Shown in pieces: positions 27,817 to 38,184 of a DNA stretch of 64,000 nucleotides. The position numbers were made by a program, and so were the translations under genes. The stretch is from a virus (Duplodnaviria > Caudoviricetes), in the IMG/VR virus record IMGVR_UViG_3300014208_000024, positions 32,001 to 96,000 of that record; one strand, given 5' to 3'. Below the pieces are notes generated by a model. That model was not told where the DNA came from. It saw only the letters and a program-made list of their open reading frames with translations, and did not search any database. Position 1 is the stretch's first letter. Each line of letters opens with the position of its first letter.

Positions 27817-28497
27817 TTATTTATTATTTTTAAACTTATTTTTATTAAGGTTAAGTTTAGTTAATTGTCGTTGGACACTTTTATATGTTGAATTATATAG
27901 TTTAGCGATTTCATTAATTTTATATTTTTTATCAATATATAAAATAAACAATTCATCATATGTAAATTGTTTGTATTTAGCATTTTTTTGTTTTAAAATT
28001 TCTTTTGTTTGAGAAGAATGATGTTTTCCAAAGAAATGGTTTTTGTCACCATTGGTTTTATTACCAAGATTTTTATTCCTTTCTTTCTTTTGTTCTTCTG
28101 TTAATTTATATTTTCTACCTAAATTATAGTGTTTATTTTTTTTAAAATATTCTTTCGTTTTTTTAGATAATTTTTCTATAACTTCTTTTGAAAAAACTTT
28201 AGATTCTTCGCCACCATTAGTAGAATTAACCAATGTATCAAATATAGGTTCAATATATTTTCTCTCCAAAATTAAAATTTCTTCAATTAACTCTGTTTCT
28301 TCTATTAAAAATATTTTAACTTCAAATCCATTATTTATTACATTACCAATCCAGTTAACTTTATGTGATTTACATTTTTTATATTTCCAGTCACGAATAT
28401 GACCTTTAAGTCTATCTTCTAAGTTTTTAGATGTATAACCTATATACTTTGGTTTCATTCCATCTAATTCAGATGTTAAATAGTAAAGTTTATACAT
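27817..28497 (-). CDS. GIY-YIG homing endonuclease with NUMOD3
   Basis: LYYL...KYIGYT...RL.GH; FFGKHHSSQTKE. Confidence 0.88.
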   Translation of the reverse strand: MYKLYYLTSELDGMKPKYIGYTSKNLEDRLKGHIRDWKYKKCKSHKVNWIGNVINNGFEVKIFLIEETELIEEILILERKYIEPIFDTLVNSTNGGEESKVFSKEVIEKLSKKTKEYFKKNKHYNLGRKYKLTEEQKKERNKNLGNKTNGDKNHFFGKHHSSQTKEILKQKNAKYKQFTYDELFILYIDKKYKINEIAKLYNSTYKSVQRQLTKLNLNKNKFKNNK

Positions 28498-28660
28498 GAC
28501 TATTAGATTTTAAGTTGTTAAAATGATTATCTAAAAGCCACTGTATTAACTTTGATTTATTCTTTACATCGAAATATTCAAAATCTTTAAAATTTTGTTC
28601 TGTAATTGTAACAGATAGCCTGTCTTTTTTCTTTTCTAATTCTACTCTAATTCTTCCCAT
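28490..28660 (-). CDS. Small RHH-like protein (56 aa, not in ORF track)
   Basis: KKDRLSVTITEQNF...NKSKLIQWLLDNHF. Confidence 0.7.
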   Translation of the reverse strand: MGRIRVELEKKKDRLSVTITEQNFKDFEYFDVKNKSKLIQWLLDNHFNNLKSNSHV

Positions 28661-28709
28661 AATATTTGTTTATTATAAATAGTAAGAAAAAATAAAATTA
28701 GCTTCAAAG

Positions 28710-28853
28710 CTAATTGTTTTTTCGTTTTTCTTTAAAATATTCTGATAATAAATTATCTATTAACTTTGACTTATTGTACCTACCAGATTCTAATTGCTTT
28801 AAAACTTTTGGAGTTAGCGCTATACTTATTTTTTTATATTTTATTTTTTCCAT
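28710..28853 (-). CDS. Small RHH-like protein (47 aa, not in ORF track)
   Basis: KISIALTPKVLKQLESGRYNKSKLIDNLLSEYFK. Confidence 0.7.
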   Translation of the reverse strand: MEKIKYKKISIALTPKVLKQLESGRYNKSKLIDNLLSEYFKEKRKNN

Positions 28854-28965
28854 TGTTAAATTGTTGTTTTATAAATATATTAAATTTTATATTAAAAATA
28901 AATAGAAAAGCACCATAGAAATTAATCTATGATGCTTTTGTTTTGAAAAAATTGCTTACAATTAA

Positions 28966-30459
28966 TTATTTTAAAAACTCTTTCCAGAAGTCTTTGCGAA
29001 ATAATGATATAACTTTCCTATCGTATCTATGGCCAAATTTACCACCATTGCCATCTCTAAAATTCATCAATTTTATAAAGTCAGAATGCAACATTGCTTT
29101 TTGAATAAAAGGAAGATTATTCGGTTCATCAATAATTGCATATGCAAATTCAGTAATGGCATACTCACCAACTTCATCAATAATTGGCTTACTTGCAGTT
29201 CCATTAGTCCATATTACTTTAGGCACGCCAAAATGTCCCATTTTATTTGTTTTTGAATATCGAAACTTTACAACATCTGTGCTCAATGACATATAAACAC
29301 ATGGATATTTAAATTCTTCACTTTGTTCTTTAGAAACATATTCCTTTTGTGTGTGATATTTACAACTTCTTAATACATTAACTTTTTCTTCACCTTTTTT
29401 AGCCATTAATTTATTAAATTCGTTAAACATGCCATTGGGTATAAATTCCATTTTAGATATATCAACTCTCTGAGTTGTGCCATCCATACACTTAATTTTA
29501 GTAAACATTGTATTTGGCACATTATGTAAACAATAAAAATCATAAGTAGTTTTAACCCCAAAAGTTTTTAATCCATCTGAATAGTCATGTATTTCTAATG
29601 AAAGAATTTGTTTTGATTTTAATAGATTTTTTACCTTACTAAAACCATCTCCCAACCCTCTCCAACCGTCTGGGTGGATAGCACACATATAGCCACCGTC
29701 TATAAGTTGTGATATAGTCTTTGTAACAAATTTATCCCAAAGAACATGAGCTGAACCTTTATTGTCACTTGCTGAATTATATGGTGGATTTTGTACAATT
29801 ATATTCCACTTTTCTATCCCCCAAAATTCTTTCATATATACATCAAATTCTTCAGTTAAATAACTGCCATTATAGATATTCAACGCATATTCATCTTTTG
29901 GGTCAAAGGCATATAAAAATAAGAATAAATTTTTCGCCTGTAACTCACAAGCATAAATCATATTTTCAACAATGTGTTTGTATCTTAATTTTTCATCTGG
30001 CTGAAATGAAACCAAACCTTTCATCAATCTCTCAATAACAACTGAAAAGAATGTCCCAACTCCCGCACATGAATCAAACCATTTTAAGTCTGGATTGCTC
30101 CATACTTCATAAGGCAATAAATCTAATATATTTTCTGTAAGTTCTATAGGAGTCATAACTTCACCCATAGTTTTAACTTCGGTAGCAGATACTTTAACAT
30201 AATCACGAAGCATAGTAACCACATCTTTAATGTGATTCATTTCACTATGGTTTTCAGTATCAACTATTTTCTGTATTCTACCACACATTAATCTGTGTTC
30301 AACATTATTTTCTTCCAGTATGGTTAAAATCATTGACCTACGTTTTTCAACTGGTGCTGATAAAATCATTTCTTTCATTTCTGGCGTCATACCATTAATA
30401 CCATCAACAATCATATCTTGGATAAGATTTTCGTAAGTGTTTTTCAATTCTGCTTTCAT
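28966..30459 (-). CDS. N6-adenine DNA methyltransferase (Eco57I-like)
   Basis: GEVMTP, FDSCAGVGTF, IVQNPPY. Confidence 0.9.
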   Translation of the reverse strand: MKAELKNTYENLIQDMIVDGINGMTPEMKEMILSAPVEKRRSMILTILEENNVEHRLMCGRIQKIVDTENHSEMNHIKDVVTMLRDYVKVSATEVKTMGEVMTPIELTENILDLLPYEVWSNPDLKWFDSCAGVGTFFSVVIERLMKGLVSFQPDEKLRYKHIVENMIYACELQAKNLFLFLYAFDPKDEYALNIYNGSYLTEEFDVYMKEFWGIEKWNIIVQNPPYNSASDNKGSAHVLWDKFVTKTISQLIDGGYMCAIHPDGWRGLGDGFSKVKNLLKSKQILSLEIHDYSDGLKTFGVKTTYDFYCLHNVPNTMFTKIKCMDGTTQRVDISKMEFIPNGMFNEFNKLMAKKGEEKVNVLRSCKYHTQKEYVSKEQSEEFKYPCVYMSLSTDVVKFRYSKTNKMGHFGVPKVIWTNGTASKPIIDEVGEYAITEFAYAIIDEPNNLPFIQKAMLHSDFIKLMNFRDGNGGKFGHRYDRKVISLFRKDFWKEFLK

Positions 30460-30591
30460 ATTATTAATTTTTATGTGTTTCTTACTAACTTATACGGTAA
30501 AGGTAATACTTTTGTTGCAAAAAACTAAATAAATTTAAATTTTTAATATAATTGAAAATGTTTTATGTTTTTAATATATTTATAAATAAAA

Positions 30592-31671
30592 ATGGAAAAA
30601 GAAATAAAAAATTATATTAAAAACATAATTTTAGAAATTATAAACAACAATATAATTGAAGAAGAATATGGTGTTCCAGAAGATGCACTAAAAGCTTCTA
30701 ATGTTTTAGAAAAAGAAATTAAAAAAACTTTTGAAAGTGGAGGGCGATGGAGTGTGGTTTATGACTCAAAAAACAATTTAATAAATAATGTACAAAAAAT
30801 GAACAAAATCATCCATATAGATGGTTTTGAAAAAGGTTTGTTTTTCGAAGATTTAAATGTTCATATCTCTTTTATACAAATTAATGATGAAAATATAAGC
30901 AACGAAATTATTGAAAAATCAAATAGAGGTGAAGAAATTAACCAAGAAGTAAAAATAAATCCGCAAACCAAAAAATTAGAATATGCAGATATAAAACTAA
31001 ACGTTTGCTTTAGACACAATGATGTTCTTAATGAAAATGTTAAAAATTTAATCTTACATGAACTAACTCATATTTATGAAACATATCAAAGAAAATTACA
31101 TAATAAAATAAGAAAAACCAAAGATGATGTTTACAATTCAATAAACATAAATTCATTATCAAATGAAACTATAAAAAAAATCAATTTTTTAATTTATTGC
31201 ACACTCTACTTTGAAAGAAATGCAAATATATCAGCACTATACAAAAATTTAATGCATACTTCTTCATTATCATTAGAAAACATAAAACAAGATTTTTTAA
31301 AATCAATATATTATAAAAACTTTTTATTATATTTAAAAGAACCAGAATTTTATATCACGCAAAAAGAAATAGACGCATTAAACGATAAAGATTTTATTGA
31401 CCTTAATAATCAGATAAAAGATTTAATAAAAAACTACAGTTTTGAAAATACAAATAATTTTTTATTTTATTATAGGGTAAATAAAAAACAATACTTTGAT
31501 AAAATATTTAATTATTCAAAAAATATATATGAAAAAATATATAAAAAATGCCAAAGAGTAATTTTTAAAGTTTATAAAGATAAAAACCCAACTTTTATTC
31601 AGGAAGGATATAAGCCTGGCAGACAACATATAAAAATATATCCAGATTTTAATAATGATTTTTTATTTTAA
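30592..31671 (+). CDS. Hypothetical protein with HExxH zincin motif (probable virion protein)
   Basis: LILHELTHIYE...E. Confidence 0.6.
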   Translation: MEKEIKNYIKNIILEIINNNIIEEEYGVPEDALKASNVLEKEIKKTFESGGRWSVVYDSKNNLINNVQKMNKIIHIDGFEKGLFFEDLNVHISFIQINDENISNEIIEKSNRGEEINQEVKINPQTKKLEYADIKLNVCFRHNDVLNENVKNLILHELTHIYETYQRKLHNKIRKTKDDVYNSININSLSNETIKKINFLIYCTLYFERNANISALYKNLMHTSSLSLENIKQDFLKSIYYKNFLLYLKEPEFYITQKEIDALNDKDFIDLNNQIKDLIKNYSFENTNNFLFYYRVNKKQYFDKIFNYSKNIYEKIYKKCQRVIFKVYKDKNPTFIQEGYKPGRQHIKIYPDFNNDFLF

Positions 31672-31760
31672 ATACCAAGCCGAAGGCAATAAATAAAACA
31701 AAAAAGTAATATTATATGAATAACAATATTACTTTAATTGTGATTGATTCGGTAAATATA

Positions 31761-32375
31761 TCATTTAACTATAGCATGATGTTCCCAATATTCAACGCTT
31801 TTTTCATATCTATCTTTGTCAATAGGCATCCCAGACCCTCCGTGTTCTATCCCCAAAGCATTTCTCATTATTGTAATTGGTGTTTGAGGAATTTCAACAT
31901 TTACTTCTTGTCCGAGAATAGCAACAATTCCCCAATCTGCATCAAACCCAAAAATTTCCGTTGTATTATCCTTTGCCATTGCTACTGCTTCTTTTTCAAT
32001 TTGTTCTTTTGAATAAAGGACAAGCATAAGCCACTCAGCTTTTGGTTTTCCAAGTGGTAACTCAAGCCAACGTGAAAGAATTGACAATTCTTTCTCTGTT
32101 CTTGCGGAATATCCACTTCTCAAGTATTGGTAATTTTCCAAGGTTATAGGTAACGATCCAACTCTGGCATCAGTAAAGTTTTTAATAGGCCAAAGTTTGC
32201 AAAAATCAGCATATCCAGGTAATAGTTTTTCTCCTATTGCCACATTATCATCTTCCCAATCAATAAGTTGTTGAATGTATGTTTCAAACTCTTCTATGGT
32301 TTTGTTAAGTATCTTTGTTCCTCCAAATTTTGGATCAAAGTGTCTGGCACCGAATTCTGTTACTTTAATTTTCAT
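31761..32375 (-). CDS. DUF3228 family protein
   Basis: LRSGYSARTEKEL.ILSRW; PITIMRNALG.EHGGSG. Confidence 0.85.
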   Translation of the reverse strand: MKIKVTEFGARHFDPKFGGTKILNKTIEEFETYIQQLIDWEDDNVAIGEKLLPGYADFCKLWPIKNFTDARVGSLPITLENYQYLRSGYSARTEKELSILSRWLELPLGKPKAEWLMLVLYSKEQIEKEAVAMAKDNTTEIFGFDADWGIVAILGQEVNVEIPQTPITIMRNALGIEHGGSGMPIDKDRYEKSVEYWEHHAIVK

Positions 32376-32452
32376 AAATTGTTTTTTTAATCTATACGAA
32401 AAAACAACGATTTTGTTACAATAAAAGACCCCGCTTTTTTTGCGGGTCTCTT

Positions 32453-32770
32453 TTATTCTATCACATAAACTAATTCCTTGTTTATTTCAGTTAGATATTG
32501 CGGTTCTCTAAATAGATTTGGAGCTGGATACAAAGTAAAATCTGAATAAAAAATTTCCCCAATATCACCTTCGTCATTTTGTACTACTACAAAAAACCCA
32601 TCAGATATTCTTCTTGCAGATGTTAATGCTAATAACTTATGATTTTCCCCTTTAATACATTCAAAAAAAATTTCTCCTTTTCTTATGTTTTTTATTTCTA
32701 AATAAACATCTGACCAATCTTCTCCCAAGTTAAAGTCTTTTGGTCTTAAAAATTTAATTCCGTTTTCCAT
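32453..32770 (-). CDS. Hypothetical protein
   Basis: ORF. Confidence 0.6.
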   Translation of the reverse strand: MENGIKFLRPKDFNLGEDWSDVYLEIKNIRKGEIFFECIKGENHKLLALTSARRISDGFFVVVQNDEGDIGEIFYSDFTLYPAPNLFREPQYLTEINKELVYVIE

Positions 32771-32861
32771 AACTAATAAAGTTTAATTTACTATAAATAG
32801 TTACAGATTTAAGAAAACAATAGATTTTTTAAAGAAAAATTTATTAAAAAACCTTTTATAA

Positions 32862-33644
32862 CTAATTGACTTTCAACATCCTTACTGGTCTATCAACAAT
32901 TCTGTGAACATCCCAGTATTTTGGCATATATTTTGGCTTCATATTATTCAAAAAATCCAATCTCCACATCTCCACAAATTTTTGAATATCTTCTACTTTT
33001 GACATTACTTCTTTTCCATGATTACTGTGAAATTCATTGTAATCTTTTTGATTTATTTTGGAAAGTTTTTCTATTTCTACCATAGGGGCGAAATCTTCTT
33101 CATATCCCAATATAGAAGATATTGTTATAAGAAGCTCTTCTCTTCTTTCTTCTGGCATCATTTCGTAGTTCAAAATAAAAGCTTTGGATAATTTTATTGC
33201 TTTAACAAAATCTGAATGAGAATTACAAAGGGGAACACTATATTGTTCTGATATACTTTCTTTTAGTTTTGAGGCATATACATTTTCATATTCATCATGA
33301 CATTCCCTGCAAATACAAACAACATCATGACTTGTTGCAACCTTAAGTTTTTTTGGGAAATGTTTTTTATACAATGCAGGAACTATGTGGTGTTTAGTAA
33401 GCCTTTCTAATTCTTCTGTTCCACATACTACACAAATATTTTTCTTTTGAGTTAAAGCAAATTGGTCATCTCTACTCCCATGCCCAGCAGGTTCAAAGTT
33501 TAATTTTATAACAAAAGGATTGTCAGAAATAATATTTGCAAGATTTTTTGACAAATACCAATTTGATCTTTTTGTGTCACACCAAAACATTTCAAATCCT
33601 TGTGGATGCAAAACTAAACAATTTCCATATATAACTTTTTTCAT
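32862..33644 (-). CDS. HNH-like protein similar to the EXD2 C-terminal domain
   Basis: YGNC...CD.KR.NWYL.K.LA; CVVCG...HHIVP..Y...SHDVVCICRECH. Confidence 0.75.
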   Translation of the reverse strand: MKKVIYGNCLVLHPQGFEMFWCDTKRSNWYLSKNLANIISDNPFVIKLNFEPAGHGSRDDQFALTQKKNICVVCGTEELERLTKHHIVPALYKKHFPKKLKVATSHDVVCICRECHDEYENVYASKLKESISEQYSVPLCNSHSDFVKAIKLSKAFILNYEMMPEERREELLITISSILGYEEDFAPMVEIEKLSKINQKDYNEFHSNHGKEVMSKVEDIQKFVEMWRLDFLNNMKPKYMPKYWDVHRIVDRPVRMLKVN

Positions 33645-33769
33645 TTCACATTATAACTTTAATTACAAAATATACGAAAAAAAATAATAAAAGTTTCACT
33701 TTTTAGCTTAATATTTATGACTACATTCAAATAAGCTTTTTTGTTACTATTTATATAAAAATAATAAAT

Positions 33770-34615
33770 ATGGGAATTATATTAAAAGAAAAAACAAAAG
33801 AAAATTTTGGATATTATCCACAAGACTTAAAACCAAGCAGTAGTAAAATGGTTGTTTGGAAATGTGAAAATTGTGGCATTGAATTATATAAAAAATTTCA
33901 ATCTGCAAAAAAAATAAAATTATGTTTTAAATGCTCTGCAAAAGTAAATGCAAAAAACAATAAAGAAAAAATAAGCAAAACATTAATTGAGTATTTTAAA
34001 ACACACGAAAGCCACTCTAAAGGTATAAAAATGCCAGATCACGTCAAAGAAGCTCTTAAAAAATCACACGAAGGGAAAACTTTTTCTGAAGAAAGAAAAA
34101 AAGAAATAAGCATAAGAAACACTGGGAAAAACAATCCATTTTATGGTAAAAAACACTCAGAAGAATCTTTGCAAAAAATGAGAGAAAAAAATAAAAAAGA
34201 AGGAAATCCAATGTATGGAAAAAAATACTCTGAGGAAGAGTTAGAAAAAAGAAGAGGTAAAAATAATTTTTTTTATGGGAAAAAACCTTTTCATGGACGA
34301 GGAGAGTGGTATATTTGTAAAGACGGTTCAAAAGTGTGGATGCGAAGTTCTTGGGAAATTAAGTTTGCAAAATATCTTGACGTTAAAAATATTGAATGGT
34401 TATATGAATCAAAAACTTTTCCAATAATATATGATAATAAAGAGGGAACATATACGCCAGATTTTTATCTAATAAAAGAAAATGAGTATATTGAAATTAA
34501 GGGCTGGTGGAGGGATAATTCTTTGCTTAAATTCAATAGTTTTTTGGAAAGTTATCCAAAAATTAAAATAGAAGTATATGAGAAAAACAAGTTAAAAGAA
34601 TTAAAAATATTATAA
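33770..34615 (+). CDS. NUMOD3 plus PD-(D/E)XK homing endonuclease
   Basis: NPFYGKKHSEE repeats; MRSSWE...YTPDFYL...IEIKGW. Confidence 0.85.
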   Translation: MGIILKEKTKENFGYYPQDLKPSSSKMVVWKCENCGIELYKKFQSAKKIKLCFKCSAKVNAKNNKEKISKTLIEYFKTHESHSKGIKMPDHVKEALKKSHEGKTFSEERKKEISIRNTGKNNPFYGKKHSEESLQKMREKNKKEGNPMYGKKYSEEELEKRRGKNNFFYGKKPFHGRGEWYICKDGSKVWMRSSWEIKFAKYLDVKNIEWLYESKTFPIIYDNKEGTYTPDFYLIKENEYIEIKGWWRDNSLLKFNSFLESYPKIKIEVYEKNKLKELKIL

Positions 34616-36085
34616 TTTTTTTTCTTGTGGAAACATACTTCCTTTTCCAAGCGGAACTGCTTGTGCTTGAAAATTACCTACTTGAATTTGATTTGCTTCA
34701 TCAATTGGAGTATCAAAAACTCCTCTTTTTATAATCTTTTTATTAGAATCAAACTCTCTGATTATTCCAGTAATAGAAAATGGTTTGTGTAACGGAATCC
34801 AAGTTTCAATTTCTTTTGAATCTTTAGGAAGATCTTTAAAAGCAACAGTTATATGTTGATAATCATTTTCTGAGAAATAATCTCCAGAAATCCCAAGCGC
34901 TATGGCTTTATCGGAAATTCCTAAAGAATTTATATTTAACACAACCTCTTTGTTTAAATCTTTTTTAAAATTCAACGGCAACTCTCCCAGTGTAATTGTC
35001 ATATGATAATCTAAAGTTCCATCTTTAAATTGCGGTCTTATAAAACTTTCTGGAATTTTTCCTTTTTCTTTTAATAAATTGAATATTTTCTCAATTTTGT
35101 TTTTTTCGCTTTCTTCTTCAACTGAAACTGCAGTAAAAGAAATTGAAGGAAATTCTTGTTTTAAATCAATTTCTTTTAATTCTGTTTTTTTCATTTTATC
35201 GAAAAAATCTCTATGAAATTCATCATATCCTTTATCTGATAATTTCGCTATTGGATTTGCTTTTATTTCCAGAGAAACATTTAGAGGCTTTCCAAGAATT
35301 TTTGCTGCGTAATATCTGTGATGTCCATCCTCAATATAGAACTTTTTTCCATCAAAACTCACATCAATTGGCTCTGACAAATTAACCTTGTTGGCCCATT
35401 CTGTTTTTGACAACCCACTTTTTTCTTGTTGATATATTGCATTACCCAAATCATCTTTCCATTTAATAGACAATTGCCCAGGCATTATTTTTTTTAAATT
35501 ATCTTCTGTAAAACCAAATGCCGCTAAATCAAGAGCTTTTGTAGAAAACCCGCCACTCCTTAATAACTCTTCTGATGTTTTAAATTTATTTGCCTCTTTT
35601 TCAAGCATTTTAAACCCAATCATTTGTGAGGTATCTGCTTTTTTTTTATATATTAATTTATCTATTGCCTCTCTAATAACTTTTCTTACAATATTATATG
35701 ATTCTTGGAACGATCCGTAATTTTCAATAGCTTTTAATATAGTTTTGTTTGAAAACAAATTAATTACAAAATTAATTTTCCTTGTTTCTTTATAAACTCC
35801 TCCTCCTCCTGGAAGTTGTGTATAAGGTTTCCCCTTTGGAAAATCTTCATATTTAACTTTGTTTAAATAATAATCTCCTATGAAAATATAATGTTTTGTT
35901 TTTTCATCCTGTCTATAGTCGTGAGTTTTCAACCATTCTTTTTGTTCTGGATTTAGTTTGTTAATTTTAAACACATCTCCTTTTTCATCAAAACCAACAA
36001 ATCTAGAGTCCTCATATTCATAAGCAACACTGAATATATATAAATTTTTTCCTTCTTTATAAAGAGCAAAACCTTTATTTGCCAT
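34610..36085 (-). CDS. ParB-like domain plus C-terminal 2H phosphodiesterase
   Basis: IEDGHHRYYAA; YHMTITLG...YQHITVA. Confidence 0.7.
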   Translation of the reverse strand: MANKGFALYKEGKNLYIFSVAYEYEDSRFVGFDEKGDVFKINKLNPEQKEWLKTHDYRQDEKTKHYIFIGDYYLNKVKYEDFPKGKPYTQLPGGGGVYKETRKINFVINLFSNKTILKAIENYGSFQESYNIVRKVIREAIDKLIYKKKADTSQMIGFKMLEKEANKFKTSEELLRSGGFSTKALDLAAFGFTEDNLKKIMPGQLSIKWKDDLGNAIYQQEKSGLSKTEWANKVNLSEPIDVSFDGKKFYIEDGHHRYYAAKILGKPLNVSLEIKANPIAKLSDKGYDEFHRDFFDKMKKTELKEIDLKQEFPSISFTAVSVEEESEKNKIEKIFNLLKEKGKIPESFIRPQFKDGTLDYHMTITLGELPLNFKKDLNKEVVLNINSLGISDKAIALGISGDYFSENDYQHITVAFKDLPKDSKEIETWIPLHKPFSITGIIREFDSNKKIIKRGVFDTPIDEANQIQVGNFQAQAVPLGKGSMFPQEKKL

Positions 36086-36174
36086 AATTTTAATTTACTA
36101 TAAATATAAAAAAAAAAGGAGATTTTCATCTCCGTTAACATTACATTATATACAATTATAAAATTAATGTATTT

Positions 36175-36423
36175 TTATTTTTTACCTATAGTTTTACTTG
36201 TTTTAAAACTAAAAATTGATCTTAATCCACCAAACACCATTCTAAATGGGACCCAAATTGGTGCTGTAAGTACAATCCATTTTATTATGAAAAATATAAA
36301 ATAGAAAACAGCTGGAATTAAAAGCCAAGCATATATCCATATTTGACTAAACACGTCAATATCATATTGAAATGAATCCCATAATAACTGCAAATAATTG
36401 CTAAAAATTTCCTGTAGTGCCAT
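36175..36423 (-). CDS. Small membrane protein
   Basis: Hydrophobic segments. Confidence 0.6.
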   Translation of the reverse strand: MALQEIFSNYLQLLWDSFQYDIDVFSQIWIYAWLLIPAVFYFIFFIIKWIVLTAPIWVPFRMVFGGLRSIFSFKTSKTIGKK

Positions 36424-36469
36424 ATTTTTGTTTTTAAATAGTTTGTGCAAATATATATAAAAAATTCAA

Positions 36470-36778
36470 TTAATCATATTTATCCATGAAAAATTTTAAA
36501 AGAAGATAAGAGGAATAACAAACAAAACTGCTTGCAAACCCATAAATCACATTATATAAATCACTCAATTGAATATTAGAAAACTCCCCTCCATGCCACA
36601 TAAACAGCACTCGAATTACCAATCCAACCCAGAATCCTATACATTGTGGACATTTTAAAAACTTACCAAGATGCGGATTAAACATAGAAGCCTTTTCTCT
36701 AATTGGTTTAAAAACATATGAAATGTTAATAATAAAAGTGGCACCTATACAGGATAATATAAAAAGAAAAAGTTCCAT
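36470..36778 (-). CDS. DUF1360-like membrane protein
   Basis: FLKCPQCIGFWVG, three hydrophobic helices. Confidence 0.6.
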   Translation of the reverse strand: MELFLFILSCIGATFIINISYVFKPIREKASMFNPHLGKFLKCPQCIGFWVGLVIRVLFMWHGGEFSNIQLSDLYNVIYGFASSFVCYSSYLLLKFFMDKYD

Positions 36779-36984
36779 AGTATAATTTAAAAGCTGGAGT
36801 CCCTCCAGCTTCACTTACTTACCACCACAACAGTGCGTAATTGGTCTTAAAAAATATTTAACAGTTGCTACCATATAAAATTTATTTACTATAAATATAA
36901 TTAAAAATAAAAAGAAAGTAAACATTAAAATTCTTTAATTTTAAAAAAAACAACTATTTATATTAAACAAAAATACTCAATGCT

Positions 36985-37332
36985 ATGAAAAAAGAAGAAT
37001 TAAAAAAAATAATTTTAGAAGAAGCTCTTCATATTAAAAGTCTTGTAGAAGAAAAAGCACAAATAGAAGAAGAATTAAAAAAACTCGAAGAAGAAGATAT
37101 GGACGAAACTACTGGATTAGGTAAATCTGGAGAAAAATTAAAAAAAGAAGAAGGATTAGAAGAAATGCAAAGTGTAGGACTTTCATCTTCACATCAATCT
37201 GGAGCAGGAACTACAAATCCACAATTCCAAAGTAGAGAAAAAAAGGGATATGTTAAAGAGGAACAAACTATAAGAAAATTTGTTAGAAATCAACTATATG
37301 AATCTTATGGAATAAACAAAAACAACTTATAA
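36985..37332 (+). CDS. Acidic probable virion protein
   Basis: LKKIILEEA N-terminal and IRKFVRNQLYE C-terminal motifs. Confidence 0.65.
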   Translation: MKKEELKKIILEEALHIKSLVEEKAQIEEELKKLEEEDMDETTGLGKSGEKLKKEEGLEEMQSVGLSSSHQSGAGTTNPQFQSREKKGYVKEEQTIRKFVRNQLYESYGINKNNL

Positions 37333-37361
37333 AAAAGAAACCCCCAATTACGGGGGTTTTT

Positions 37362-38057
37362 TTATGCCATTAGTTTATCAAAAAGAAATTTCATTCCGAC
37401 AGTAGCTTTTTCAACAATAAAAGTTCTTCCCTCTCCTGGTGCCAACTGAACAAAATTTGGATCAATAACATAAATTTGTTCTCCTTGAAAATATTTAATT
37501 AACCCAGCAGCTGGATAAACCTGAAGTGATGTACCTATTACAATAAGAATATCTGCTTCATCAATTGCTTTTACAGCTGCAACAAATTCTGTATGTGGAA
37601 GTGGGTCTCCAAAAAGAACAGTTCCATGTCTTAGTTGAGAGCCTTTATCACATTTATCTCCAATTTTTAAATCCTGATCTTCTGCCAAATCAGAAAAATA
37701 TTCATTTGTTAAGCTACTTTTTGATTTATCGATACTTCCATGAATATGTAAAACTTTTTTAGAACCCCCTTTTTCATGTAGCGAATCTATATTTTGCGTC
37801 ACAATAATGACATCATATTTTTCTTCTAATTGCGCAATTAATTTATGTGCATCATTTGGTTGGCAATCTTTCATTTGTTTTCTTACTTGATTGTGAAAAT
37901 CCAAAACAGATTCTCTATCCTTTTTCCAACCAGCAACATTAGCAACCAAATCAACATCAAATTTTGTCCACAATCCATCATTTTTATCTCTAAATGTTGG
38001 AATTCCACTTTCTGCGGATATTCCAGCTCCCGTAAAAACTGCAATCTTTTTTTTCAT
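37362..38057 (-). CDS. cobB: Sir2/CobB NAD-dependent deacylase
   Basis: TGAGISAESGIPTFR, TQNIDSLHE, HIHG, GTSLQVYPAA. Confidence 0.93.
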   Translation of the reverse strand: MKKKIAVFTGAGISAESGIPTFRDKNDGLWTKFDVDLVANVAGWKKDRESVLDFHNQVRKQMKDCQPNDAHKLIAQLEEKYDVIIVTQNIDSLHEKGGSKKVLHIHGSIDKSKSSLTNEYFSDLAEDQDLKIGDKCDKGSQLRHGTVLFGDPLPHTEFVAAVKAIDEADILIVIGTSLQVYPAAGLIKYFQGEQIYVIDPNFVQLAPGEGRTFIVEKATVGMKFLFDKLMA

Positions 38058-38184
38058 ATATTTTTTTTATTTATTATACGTATTAAAAAATAAAAAGTTA
38101 AAAAATTATAATTAAATTGAAAATCAAACAATTATAATGTTGGCATGTTTATTGAAAGATTAATGTAAACTTAAAAATAAAAAT

